64,000 nucleotides of DNA from Heterodontus francisci (Eukaryota). The notes below the pieces were generated by a model. It was not told the origin of the DNA and made no database searches. It saw nothing but the letters and a program-made list of their open reading frames with translations. Of this stretch, positions 1 to 11,359 are shown one piece after another. The stretch's first letter is position 1, and each line of letters starts with the position of its first letter. The DNA lies in contig NW_027140807.1 in NCBI RefSeq assembly GCF_036365525.1, positions 124,001 through 188,000 of the forward strand. Direction: 5' to 3'. Position numbers and translations under genes: made by a program.

Positions 1-720
1 TAACAGAGTCAGAAATACAAAGTGAGGGAGAGATTGAGAAATAGAGAGAATGAGAGAGAGATTTAGTGCGAGAGAGAGAGTGATTGAGTGCGAGAGAGAG
101 AGAGACATTGAGTGCGAGAGAGAGAGAGAGGGAGAGATTGAGTGCGAGAGAGAGAGAGACTTCAGTGCGAGAGAGAGAGAGATTCCAGTGCGAGAGAGAG
201 AGATTTCAGTGCGAGAGAGAGATTTCAGTGCGAGAGACAGAGATTTCAGTGTGAGAGAGAGAGATTTCAGTGAGAGAGAGAATTCAGTGAGAGACAGAAT
301 TCAGTGAGAGAGAGATTCAGTGAGATTCAGTGAGAGAGATTCAGTGAGAGAGATATTGAGTGAGAGAGAGATTGAGTGAGAGAGAGATTGAGAGAGCGAG
401 AGATTGAGTGAGAGAGATTGAGTGAGAGAGAGATTGAGTGAGAGAGAGATTGAGTGAGACAGAGATTCAGTGAGAGGGAGATTCAGTGAGATAGAGATTC
501 AGTGAGAGAGAGATTCAGTGAGAGAGAGATTGAGTGACAGAGAGAATTCAGTGAGAGAGAGAATGCAGTGAGAGAGAGAAATCAGTGAGAGGGAGATTGA
601 CTGAGGGAGACTGAGTGAGAGAGAGAATTCAGTGAGAGGGAGATTCAGTGATAGGGAGATTCAGTGAGAGAGACTGAGTGAAAGAAACTGAGTCAGAAGG
701 AGGGAGAAAGGGAGAGAGAG
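1..720. repeat. GA-rich micro/minisatellite (about 16-20 nt units such as agattcagtgagagag)
   Basis: Directly visible tandem units; the ORF 50..307 (ERER...) is a by-product. Confidence 0.9.
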
Positions 721-775
721 ACAATAAAGATGTGATACACACCATCCCACACCGTCTGCGTTCCATCGTTGGACT

Positions 776-1150
776 CTAACACCATCTCTCCATCAACTCA
801 TCCATGGGGAAAAGATCCTGGAGAGGGGCATTGGGGTGGGATTTGGAGATAAGCGTCAGGACTGGGACAGAGAGAGCAGGGGAATCAGACTGGACATTCA
901 CACACACACATACACTGTAATCAGCTTGCAATTCACCTGGGCACAGAGACACAGAGACTGAAACACAGAAACTCACCTTCAGAAACCAGCCGCATGGAAA
1001 GAAAGAATGGAGGCTGATGTTGTCCTAATATATCCCAGAACCTGTCACTCAAAACAGCCAGTCCACCCAAAATACAGCTTATCCAACCAGCTACAAGCTT
1101 CCTCCATCTGGACACTCCCTCCCAGGTATGAGACAGTCCAAGGTGAGTTT
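776..1150 (-). CDS. Putative last two coding exons of an unidentified gene (exons 1150-977 and 861-776)
   Basis: Pyrimidine tract plus cacag acceptor; open 174-nt phase 1-1 exon; GAAG|gtgagt donor; 115-nt intron; ctctctgtcccag acceptor; in-frame tail VLTLISKSHPNAPLQDLFPMDELMERWC*. No upstream exon found and the protein is not recognised. Confidence 0.35.
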
Positions 1151-2496
1151 CTGTGCAAACAGGGAATGGTAGAGAGAGGGATATTCCAGCCATATCCCAA
1201 ATGGACCATTCCAGACAGAAACCTGTCTGTCTCTCTCTCCCTCCCCCAAAAACCTCATGAACAGAGCAGAAAAGCTGCTGTCATTTAAAACCTGGAGGGG
1301 CCGGTTTGGATAATGGCCATTTAACACTGATTGTATTAAATGTCTTTCACTATTCACATCCAGTTAACAGAAAGTTCAGAAAATGACTCACTGCAATTAC
1401 CTTGAAATTGTGACAAAGTGTTATTGCTGGAGAGGCCGGTTTGACTGCAGTATAAACAGGCAGTTTTTATTCGGTTTTTCAATTTCACTGTATGACAAAG
1501 AGTGAAACTGGAGCCAGGTTAATGCGGCAGCCAAGAGAACTTTTATAACCAGTGACATTTCACACAACAATTCGTACCCAAATTTACTGTTATATTTGTC
1601 AATGATTCTTTGTAGTTTATTTGCTGCTGCTGTATTTATGCATTAGCCTGTAATCAATCGAAAAAACCTCCTGAACATTCGCCAGTTTAATGTTACAAGG
1701 GTTTACAAAGCTGGGAAATGGACATTTATCTTAAATGATATTTAAGATCTTCCACTTTTCACTTCCAGTTTATATAAAGTTCAGTGATAAAGACCTCCAC
1801 ATTCTGACAAAGAGTTTTTACTGCTGCAATAAAGTGTCACTTGTTTCCATTTGCTTCCTGACTGTTTCTTTCCTCTGTTCTCCTGGGGGATTCAGAGGGA
1901 TTTTTGTTCATTGTTTGTCCAAATTCCTCTGCAGCTGCTGTCCTGGAGAAATTAATTATATTGTATTCAAAATCTTTCCCTCAGTTTGGAGATATGAGGA
2001 GAGACTGTTTTCACTAGCAGAGGGGAGAAACAAATAGGCAGGGAGTTGCTCTGGTCTGGAATTCACTGTCTGACAGGTTTCTGAAAGCAGATTCAATATT
2101 AACTTTCAAAATACAATCGGATCAAAACTTCAATTTCTCTGAATTATAGTAGAGAAGATACCAGCAGAGAGAAGTGAGAGCGAGACAGAGATGCCATAAC
2201 CATAGTGATGAAGAATTGAACACCACTTATATAGAGAGTTTTTATTTGAAAATGATTGAGTTTAATTTGATGCTGTTAATTTATTTATCCATTACCTTTA
2301 ATCATTTAAAATAATTTTCCAAACAGTAACGAGTTTAATGTTACAAGTGTTTACATCGTAGTAAAATAGCCACTTTACACAAACTGTATTGAAATTATTT
2401 TATTGAGCATCTCAAGTTTACAGAAAGAAAATTCCGCAAACTTGTAAAAACTTTCAAACATTCAGCAACACAGAATCTCGATCAGCAACGGCTCAG

Positions 2497-2650
2497 CATC
2501 TCCATCTCCTGGTGCCCCTCTCTCACTGCAGTTACAGTCTCCCTCTCACCATCTCCATCTGCTGGTGTCCCTCTCTCACTGCAGTTGCTGCCCCCTCTCA
2601 CCATCTCCATCTGCTGGTGTCCCTGCCTCACTGCAGTTACTGCCCCTCTC
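2497..2650 (-). repeat. Three tandem 52-53 nt units, each with a CTCF-like motif on the minus strand
   Basis: Units start at 2497, 2550 and 2602; the minus strand reads TGCAGTGAG-N6-(a/g)caCCAG(C/G)AGATGGAG. Confidence 0.7.
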
Positions 2651-2712
2651 CCCACCTCACAATCACTGCCATTTGCAGCTTTGTCCACTGGCGGCGGTTG
2701 TTGACAAGGCAA

Positions 2713-2727
2713 CCACTAGGTGGCGCT
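2713..2727 (+). promoter_or_regulatory. CTCF consensus site
   Basis: CCACTAGGTGGCGCT matches the CTCF core CCASYAGRKGGCRS; a CTCF/YY1-like ACTAAAGATGGCGCC lies at 2801-2815. Confidence 0.6.
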
Positions 2728-2924
2728 GTACTAGCACATGCGCAAATGTACACTGTTCCAATTAAACGTCATGGTCTGCCACGTGCAGGCAGCTGCCAGG
2801 ACTAAAGATGGCGCCGGTCAAATAATCACAAAGGTGGGTGGAGGGTGGGAGGTGGAGCTGGGGGTCTGGGGGGGGGGAGGGGGAATGGGATTTAGTTACA
2901 GTGTTTGAAACCCTTCAGCTCTTT

Positions 2925-5900
2925 CTATGATTTCACTAATTTAACAATGAGATTGAGAGGGTATTTCACCCCCTTCTTCAGCTCCTGTCTGAATTTAGTC
3001 TGGGTCACAATGTAAATACATGTGTTGGTGCAGGAACTGAGAATCTGCAGCATCTTTGATGTTTGTTCTGTGATAAAGAGAGGGTCAGTGAGGGAGGAAT
3101 AATATAGAATATCTGCAATTCGACAATAAATGATAAACACAACACGGGTCACCCATAACAGGATAAAACTGCCGGATATACTGAAGAGTAAAATAACTGA
3201 TTTCCTGCGATTCTCCATCTCTGCGTCCTTGTGATTCTCTGCATTGCTGTGGCGCCGGAATCCCCTGCGGACTTTACTGGAGAATAAAATCCGTCTGACA
3301 GTCAGAACATTGAGCAGCAACATCAGAAAGACTGGGACACAAGGGGTTAAAATGTAATTAAACAATTCAAATGCCCCCCATATGGGGGAAGTAAAGAAAC
3401 TCAGTTTATAAACACAACCCATGGGAACATTATTAATAATGTAATATTGTTCCTGTGTAAAGTACCAGGGGAGAGACTCTAAACAGCCCAGCACACTCAC
3501 TGTTCCAACAACCACAGCCGCCGTTTTCTCGCTGCAATATTTTGTTTTCAGCTTCTCACAACAAATGGCCACAAATCGATCAAAGGTGAAAGTGACTGTG
3601 AGCCAGACAGAAACAACTGTGGATGCAGAAATCAAAACGGCAAGGAGAGAACAGACAGGAGTAATGTTCAGGAATGAATATGGAAAATAAATTGATCCAA
3701 TCCATCTCAATATGGGATTAGTGATAACGACCAGGAGATCAGACACTGCCATTCCCACCAGGTAGACAGTGATACATTTGGAGAGACCGCACTTTCCTCG
3801 GGACAGGATCACAATCGCCACCAAGTTAACTGGAAGAGAGAGAGAAAAGGAAGCAGAGAAATTACTGATCAGACCTGGAGACAAAGCAGCAGTTTGACAG
3901 GATCTGGGCTGAAATTTCCAGCTTTGTTGCTGCATCGAGCAGTGAAAACTGATTCATTGAACTGGGCAGTGCTTTGTCAAAGTGAAATGTTTGAAAACAC
4001 AATTATTAATAATGAATTGGGAAATTGATATAGAAAGTGAATAAAGTCAGCACTGGATATACTGAAAGTACTGCGTGAGGATGCAGTGTCAGTGGGGAAA
4101 TGAGAAGGGGTTTTACAGAGATGGAATCCAATGTGTTAATTGAGAATGTGTCTCCAGACTGTTGGTTAGGAAGGTTTGTGGAGAGCGGGATGGTTTGTTG
4201 CTCTGGGTTTAGGGACTGTTATCAAATGGGAAAAGGCTGAAAACTGCAGCGCTGAGTTTGAGTATCAGCCATGATCTAGAATGGTGGAGCAGGCCCGAAG
4301 GGCTGAATGGCCTCCTCCTACTCATATGTTACTGTATTCCTATCAGGTTGGACGAGGCAGCAGGAGGTGGAGCCAGTGAGGGTAATTGGGAGGGAGAGAA
4401 GGAAAAGGACATGTTGGAGCTGGAGGGGAGACTGGAGCAAATGGTTTGGGAATGTGGATAAACTGAAGCAATGGATGATGAGGAGACTGAAGATTCAATA
4501 CAGTGAGAGGAGAGGCTGAGATTCACAGAGAGAGACTGCAGCAGAGTGTTAGAGGAAATCTAATATATAGATCCCAGCAATACAACTCAATTCATACATT
4601 CAAACAATAATCCCTGTGGTAATTGGTGTTGGAGCACAGTTTGTACAATATCGTCAATATATTTAGTTTGTAGAGGCAATTAAATATAAATTTAAATATA
4701 TTTCTGATATCAGCCTCGCTCTTTATTGAATTCAGTAGTCACAGAGATTTTAAAGTGCAGTATTTAAATAAAAAATTTCCATCAGTGTAAAACTGATTCT
4801 ATTCAGATCATGCAGTCACTAAGTAAGGAACAGGAACTTTCCACAAAACAAAATGAGGCCCTGACAGAAATCAACACAGAGGAACAAGTCCAACAGGAAA
4901 ATGAACACAATCTGGAAATGACCTGGAAGAGTGTGTAGAAGGGTGGGTTAGTAAATTTGCGGATGACACTAAGGTCGGTGGAGTTGTGGATAGTGCCGAA
5001 GGATGTTGTAGGGGACAGAGGGACATAGATAGGCTGCAGAGCTGGGCTGAGAGATGGCAAATGGAGTTTAATGCGGAAAAGTGCGAGGTGATTTACTTTG
5101 AAAGGAGTAACAGGAATGCAGAGTACTGGGCTAATGGGAAGATTCTTGGTAGTGTAGATGAACAGAGAGATCTTGGTGTCCAGGTGCATAAATCCCTGAA
5201 GGTTGCTACCCAGGTTAATAGGGCTGTTAAGAAGGCATATGCTGTGTTAGCTTTTATTAGTAGGGGGATCGAGTTTCGGAGGCACGAGGTCATGCTGCAG
5301 CTGTACAAAACTCTGATGAGACCGCACCAGGAGTATTGCGTGCAGTTCTGGTCACCGCATTATAGGAAGGATGTGGAAGCTATGGAAAGGGTGCAGAGGA
5401 GATTTACTAGGATGTTGCCTGGTATGGAGGGAAGGTCTTACGAGGAAAGGCTGAGGGACTTGAGGTTGTTTTCGTTTGAGAGAAGGAGGAGGAGAGGTGA
5501 CTTAATAGAGACATTTAAGATAATCAGAGGGTTGGATAGGGTGGATAGTGAGAGTCTTTTTCCTCGGATGGTGATGGCAAACACGAGGGGACATAGCTTC
5601 AAGTTGAGGGGTGATAGATATAGGACAGATGTCAGAGGTAGTTTCTTTACTCAGAGAGTAGTAGGGGCGTGGAGCGCCCTGCCTGCAACAGTAGTAGACT
5701 CGCCCACTTTAAGGGCATTTAAGTGGTCATTGGATAGACATATGGATGAAAATGGAATAGTGTAGGTCAGATGGTTTCACAGGTCTGCGCAACATCGAGG
5801 GCCGAAGGGCCTGTACTGCGCTGTAATGTTCTATGTTCTATGTTCTATCAGTGTAGAACTGATTCTATTCTGTTTATTCAGTCACTAAGTAAGGAATAGG

Positions 5901-7238
5901 AACTTTCTACAAAACAAAATGAGGACCTGACAGAAATCATCACAGATGATCAAGTCCAACAGGAAAATGAACACAATCTGACAGCAGACAACTTCAACTC
6001 ACAGTTTCTCTCACTAATTGTTCTGGACATTCCAGCACCTTATGATAGCGAATTATTTACACTGCTGCTTCTTTCTCTTACTTCTGCTTATCTCTTTCCA
6101 TCGGTTTCGTTCCCCCTGCTCCTTTTCTCCTTCCCTATCTCTCACACCCTGTAAATTGTTACTTAATGATGCTTTTCACATAGGATTTATTTCTAACATT
6201 CTGCGTCTGTGTTCTGTTCACCAGCCCCAGGTTCAATTATTCTATTCTCAGAGTAAGTTTGTTCAACGGTGAAACCTCTGTGAATAATTTAATGCATCTA
6301 CAGAACATTCAAGTCTCCACCTGTTCACCTGCACTCTTCACTTCATCGACAACATATGGAATAAACAGGATCGAAAGCTACTTCCAGACAAACCTCACAG
6401 TCATTGAAATTACTTCTCCTGGAATTATAAAGTAATCTGTTAGAATGTGGGATTGTTTAATTAATAAAACACCAACATCAGCGCTGCAGCTGATAATCTA
6501 CAGAAAGACTCTTGATTCCAACTGATCGAGTGAAAACCAATAAAACATCATATCAATACTTTCTATTTTACAATGTAGTCCAGTGACAGTGAAGGGTCCA
6601 CAGTGAAGCAGAGAAGGGGAAGTGAAAGTGTCAGCAGCAAACTCAGTTCAGTAGCCAGACTTCTGAAGCAGTGTCAGACACACACAGAGTGAAATAATGT
6701 TTGATAACAGTGATAATCAATAAATACATTGAAATCCCAGTTAAACTGAGCCATGTTATTGGGGAGGGAGGATATTGTTCTGTTCCCTTGTAACACTGAG
6801 ACTGTGAGATGTCTCATTATCAATCACTAAAAAGATATCATAAAAATATTCCAGGACCGGTTAGATCCACATCATGAAAATGTTAAAAACTCCGAATGGT
6901 CTGATTATTAATCGTAACGGAGAACATGATTTGAATGCAGTCAATACACAGAATAATCCAGTAAGAATGCCACGGTTACTGAAACCAATACAATAAAAGA
7001 CATGACACATCTCCTGCAGCACTGAAAGAATAGACAATGAGGATATTCCATCAGTAAATTGCTGGAAAAGAATAGGTGGCTGTGTAACACACACAGTGAG
7101 AAATAATACCGAGTACAGCAGCACAGTTAACATCGATTTACACCATTAACAGCTGAGATTCTGCTTACCAGGAACTCCAATTGCTGCAAGTACTGGATAG
7201 TAAATGAATATGAACTGATACATTACTGGATATCCCAT
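2925..7238 (-). CDS. Class A orphan GPCR, GPR139/GPR142-like (chondrichthyan-expanded type), 2 exons (7238-7169 and 3829-2925), 324 aa
   Basis: Exon 1 MGYPVMYQFIFIYYPVLAAIGVP ends in G|gtaagc. Exon 2 follows ctcttccag in phase 1 (VNLVAIVILSRGKCGLSKC). Seven hydrophobic segments, TM2 MAVSDL, TM3 FTFDRFVAICC, TM7 SSCTNTCIY, helix 8 KFRQEL. The first ~35 aa of ORF 2925..3935 are intronic. Confidence 0.9.
4915..5848 (+). mobile_element. 5'-truncated CR1-clade LINE in the GPCR intron
   Basis: KFADDTK RT motif followed by ORF 4986..5765 (WQMEFNAEKC, YCVQFWSP, RGHSFKL); (gttctat)n 3' tail. Confidence 0.92.
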
Positions 7239-7322
7239 TCCTGTGAGAAGCAGAGGCTTCTATTAGCCTGGAATCCACAGCTCCACCAGGCACTCTGAGC
7301 TGATCCAATCCATTGGGTCCTA

Positions 7323-7329
7323 ATTTATA
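7323..7329 (-). promoter_or_regulatory. TATA box of the GPCR gene
   Basis: TATAAAT on the minus strand about 85 nt upstream of the ATG at 7238. Confidence 0.5.
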
Positions 7330-7799
7330 CAGGGGATAAGTCTCCACTGACACGGTGATACTCCTAATCATTGCTATTAGTTATACTCACCTCAACAAAC
7401 ACATTACATCAGCAGCTTTGATGCTGATGTAAATAATGTGGTGGATAAAACACAATCATTTCAATGTCAATGACATTTTCTTTGTAAGGCTTCTCTCGGG
7501 AATGAACCTGAAAACCGTCCTCATACTGCACGGATGCTACAATTATGAGAGGCGTCATTTATATTTGCCATATTATTGTATTGACCTTATTCACTCCTGG
7601 CATTTCTGTTGTAAATGTAACTGATCTGTCTGCAGTGGACACTGAATCCAGGGACAAAAGCAATTACGTTTCACTCTGTTCCTGTCTTTTCCCCAGTTAA
7701 AATGTGAACTTTGTGGATCTGATTCAGGACAGTGTTCAGGGTTACAGCCCAGAAACTACTGTGGGTGATATTGGGGGTCAGACACTGTACACAGCCATT

Positions 7800-7897
7800 A
7801 GGGAGGCAGTCGCATATTGATAATATCACTGCTCAAGTAATCCAGAGGCCCAACCTGATGTGCTGGGGACAGGGTTCAAAACTCACCTTGGCAGCTG
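7800..7897 (+). mobile_element. tRNA-derived SINE head fragment
   Basis: gtaatccagaggcc...ggttcaaa (B-box-like), the same head as the SINE at 21615. Confidence 0.55.
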
Positions 7898-8375
7898 TAT
7901 AAAATAGAGGGAGCTCCCTCTCTCTGCATAAAGTGGAGAGAGCTCCCTCTGTATGTATACAGTGGAGGAAGCTCCCTCTCTTTGTTTCAAGTGCAGGGAG
8001 CTCCCTCTCTATGTATAAAGTGGAGGGAGCTCATTCTCTATGTCTTAAATGGAGGGAGCTTCCTCTCTATGTATAAAGAGGAGGGAACTCCCTCTCTATG
8101 TATATAGTTTAGGGAGCACCCTCTCTATGTATAAATTGGAGCGAGCTCCCCCTCTATGAATAAAATAGTGGGAGCTCCCCCTCTACGTATAAAGTGGAGG
8201 CAGCTCCCTCTCTATGTATAAAGTGGAGGCAGCTCCCTCTCTACGTATAAACTGGAGTGAGCACCCTCTGTACGTATGCAGTAGAGCGAGCTCCCTCTCT
8301 ATGTATACAGTGCAGTGAGCTCCCTCTCTACGTATAAAGTGGAGGGAGCTCTCGCTCTACGTATAAAGTGGAGGG
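7898..8375. repeat. 30-nt quasi-palindromic minisatellite, about 16 copies
   Basis: Unit gagctccctctctatgtataaagtggaggg; perfect palindrome agagggagctccctct at 7906-7921. Confidence 0.9.
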
Positions 8376-9153
8376 CGAGTCAGGACAAAGGAGAGAGGGA
8401 AATGTAAACAAATGGAGTATTGGAGAGAAAAACGAAGTGAAAGACTGAGGGACAGTAGAGTTAGTAAAATTAGACCTTGACAGAACCCCAGAAACAATGT
8501 CAATTGTCTGACCCGTCTGGTATTGGGGATTTAGTGTGAGTGCTTTAGGGCTGAGTTTTTGCTCAAACTGAAGTGACATTCCCAACAAGCGCAAGAGTTA
8601 CAGATTCAAAATTAACAACGGAATGGCTCGAAGCATTGCTGTCCATGGAGAGAGGGAAACAGAGATGGAGGGAGAGAGACACAGACAGAATGGGACAGAG
8701 ACAGAGGGAGAGAGAGACAGAGAGAGTGTGACAGGGCGGGATTAAATGAGAAACTTTAGATCTAATAATGTTTGAAAAAAGAGAAAATTAAAAACTAAAA
8801 CTGGCTGTGTGCAAAAACTAAATTTGAAAGGAAACATTTGGGGTTTAGTGTGAGTGTTTTGGAGGGAACTGTTGGATCAGTGTTTCATATTTTCAAACTG
8901 CAGGGACAGTTATTATTGTGGACAATATATTATCAAAAATTGACAAACTTTAGAAGTAGGGGAAAAGGGAGACAGGGTGTGAGGGGACCTTGACAGAACC
9001 TCAGTAAAAATCCCCATTATCTGCCCAGTCCTGTATTGGGGGTTTAGTGTGAGAGTTTAGGGAGCGTGTGTTGATCAGTGTTTGATATTTTCAAACTGCA
9101 GTGACGTTCCCAGCAAGGCCAAGAATTGCAGGTTCAAAATTAACCAATAAATG

Positions 9154-9496
9154 TTTAGTTTAGAGATACAGCTCTGAAACAGGCCCTTCGGCCCACCGAG
9201 TCTGTGCCGACCATCAACCACCATTTATATACTAATCCTACACTAATTCCATATTCCTACCACATCCCCACCTGTCCCTATATTTCCCGACCACCTACGT
9301 ATACTAGGGACAATTTATAATGGCCAATTTACCTATCAACCTGCAAGTCTTTGGCATGTCGGGGGAAACCGGAGCACCCAGAGGAAACCCACGCAGACAC
9401 AGGGAAAACTTGCAAACTCCACACAGGCAGAATTGAACCCGGGTCGCTGGAGATCTGAGGCTGCGGTGCTAACCACTGCGCCACTGTGCCACCCAC
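9154..9496 (-). mobile_element. Near full-length V-SINE (HE1-type elasmobranch SINE)
   Basis: The minus strand has an A box (tggcgcagtgg), a B box (ggttcaatt), a V-domain (gtggagtttgca...gggtttcctctgggtgctccggtttc) and a CR1-like 3' tail. Confidence 0.8.
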
Positions 9497-9866
9497 ATAT
9501 TTTCAAACTGCAGGGACGTCCCCAGCAAGGGCAAGAATTGCAGGTTCAAAATTAACCAATAAATGGACGAAACCATTTCTGTCCAAGGAGAGAGAGAGGG
9601 AGAGATGGTGTGAGAGAGGCACAGGCACAGTCATGGACTGCGGCGGGGAAAGAGGGAGAAGGAGATCGAGGGAGAGAGAGAAAGAGATGGAGAGAGACAG
9701 ACATGAGAGGCAGAGACAAATAGAGGATGAGACAAGATGTAACAGTCAGTAACAATCCTCATTATCTGCCCAGTCCTGTGTTGGGAGTTTAGTGTGAATG
9801 TTTTACGCGTGAGTGTTGGATCAGTGTTTGATATTTTCACACTGCAGTGACCTTCCCAACAAGGCA

Positions 9867-10467
9867 GGTATAGAATAGAAGAGCTTGGAGGTTATGCTGA
9901 AACTGCATAACCCATTGGTTAGACCACAACTCGAGTACTGTGTGCAGTTCTGGTCACATCGTTACAGAAAGGATGCAATTGCACTGGAGAGGGTACAGAG
10001 GAGATTTACGAGGATGTTGCCAGAACTGGAAAATGCAGCTATGAGGGAAGATTGGATCGGCTGTGGCTGTTCTCCTTGGCACAGAGAAGGCTGACGGGAG
10101 ATCTGACTGAAATGTGAAGGGCTTGGATAGAGTGGAAGTGAAGGGTCGATTCACCTTAGTAGAGAGCTCAGCGATGAAGGGGCATAGACTTAAAGTGATT
10201 GGTAGAAAGATTAGAAGGGAGATGAGGAAAATATTTTTCACTCAGAGGGTGGTGAGGGTCTGGAACAGATGGCCTGAAAGGGGAGTTGAGGCGGAAAACC
10301 TCAAGTCATTCAAAAGGAGTCTGGATATGCACCTCAAGTGCCTGAATCTACAGGGCTACGGAACAAAGGGTGGCAGGTGGGATTAGAGTAGGAAGATCGT
10401 TATTTGTCTGGCACAGATACGATGAGACAAGTGGCCTCTTTCTGTGCCTTAAAATTTCTGTGATTCT
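9867..10467 (+). mobile_element. CR1 LINE 3' fragment (frameshifted)
   Basis: LVRPQLEYCVQFWS and FFTQRVVRVWN in ORFs 9885 and 10114. Confidence 0.88.
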
Positions 10468-10519
10468 AAAGGAAAGAGTTACTGGTTCTAAATTAACAAA
10501 GACATGTCTGAAAGCATTG

Positions 10520-11355
10520 CTGTCTTGGGACAGAGAGAGGAAGGGAGAGATGAAAAGAGAGAGAGAGCGAGAGAGAGGCAGAGAAATAGGGGGAAGGGAG
10601 AGACAGAGAGAGAGGGAGAGACAGAGAGAGAGGGAAGAAACAGACCGAGAGACAGGGGGGAGACAGAGACAGAGCGAGAAAGAGAAACAGAGACAGAGAA
10701 GGAGGGAGAGACAGAAGCAGCGGAAATCGAGACAGGGAAGACAGAGACAGCGAGGGAGATAAAGAAAGACCGAAAGGGAGCGGCACAGAGAGAGAGGGAG
10801 GGAGAGGGGGAGGGGCAGAGGGAGAGGGAAAGACAGACGGAGGGACAGACAGAGAGGGGAGACAGAGAAGGTGGGAGAGACAGAAACAGGGGAGATAGAG
10901 ACAAGGGAGACAGAGGGGAGGGAAATTCAGACAGAGAGGGAGTGGCAGAGAGAGGGATAGAGCGGTAGAGGGAGAGAGGGAGGGACAGAGGGAGAGGGAA
11001 AGACAGACAGAGGGACAGATGCAGACGGAGAGACAGAGACAGAGAGAACGATTGGGAGAGACAGAGATTTGGGGAGACAGGGTAGAGGGAGAGACCGAGA
11101 CAAAGAGAAAGATGGGAGAGATAGGGATTGGCAGAGAGAGGGAGAGTGAAAGCAGGAGAGACCAAGAGAGAGCGAGGCAGAGCGGGAGAGACAGAGGGAG
11201 GTACAGAGGGAGGGACAGAGGGAGAGACAGACAGAGAGACAGAGAGAGAGACAGAGAGAGACGGGGAGACCGAGAGAGAGAGAGACAGGGCAAAGAGAGA
11301 GAGAGAGGGAGTAAGAGAGTAAAGATAGAAAAATAGAGAGAGACAGAGATAGAGA
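10520..11355. repeat. GA-rich low-complexity tract
   Basis: Purine-rich simple sequence; the overlapping ORFs are spurious. Confidence 0.9.
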
Positions 11356-11359
11356 GTGG

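Noticed and set aside
1834-1942. Possible minus-strand terminal exon (TAAAEEFGQ...NGNK*), and a similar one near 6050-6148
   Set aside because: Only an acceptor and a short open frame; no connecting exon or recognisable protein.
3830-3935. ORF-predicted GPCR N-terminus MQQQSW...
   Set aside because: Intronic read-through; the real exon 1 is at 7238-7169.
10370-11336. Long ER-rich and LS-rich ORFs (also 17732-18328, 33256-34006, and the X-rich ORFs at 15863-16990)
   Set aside because: Microsatellite or N-gap artefacts.
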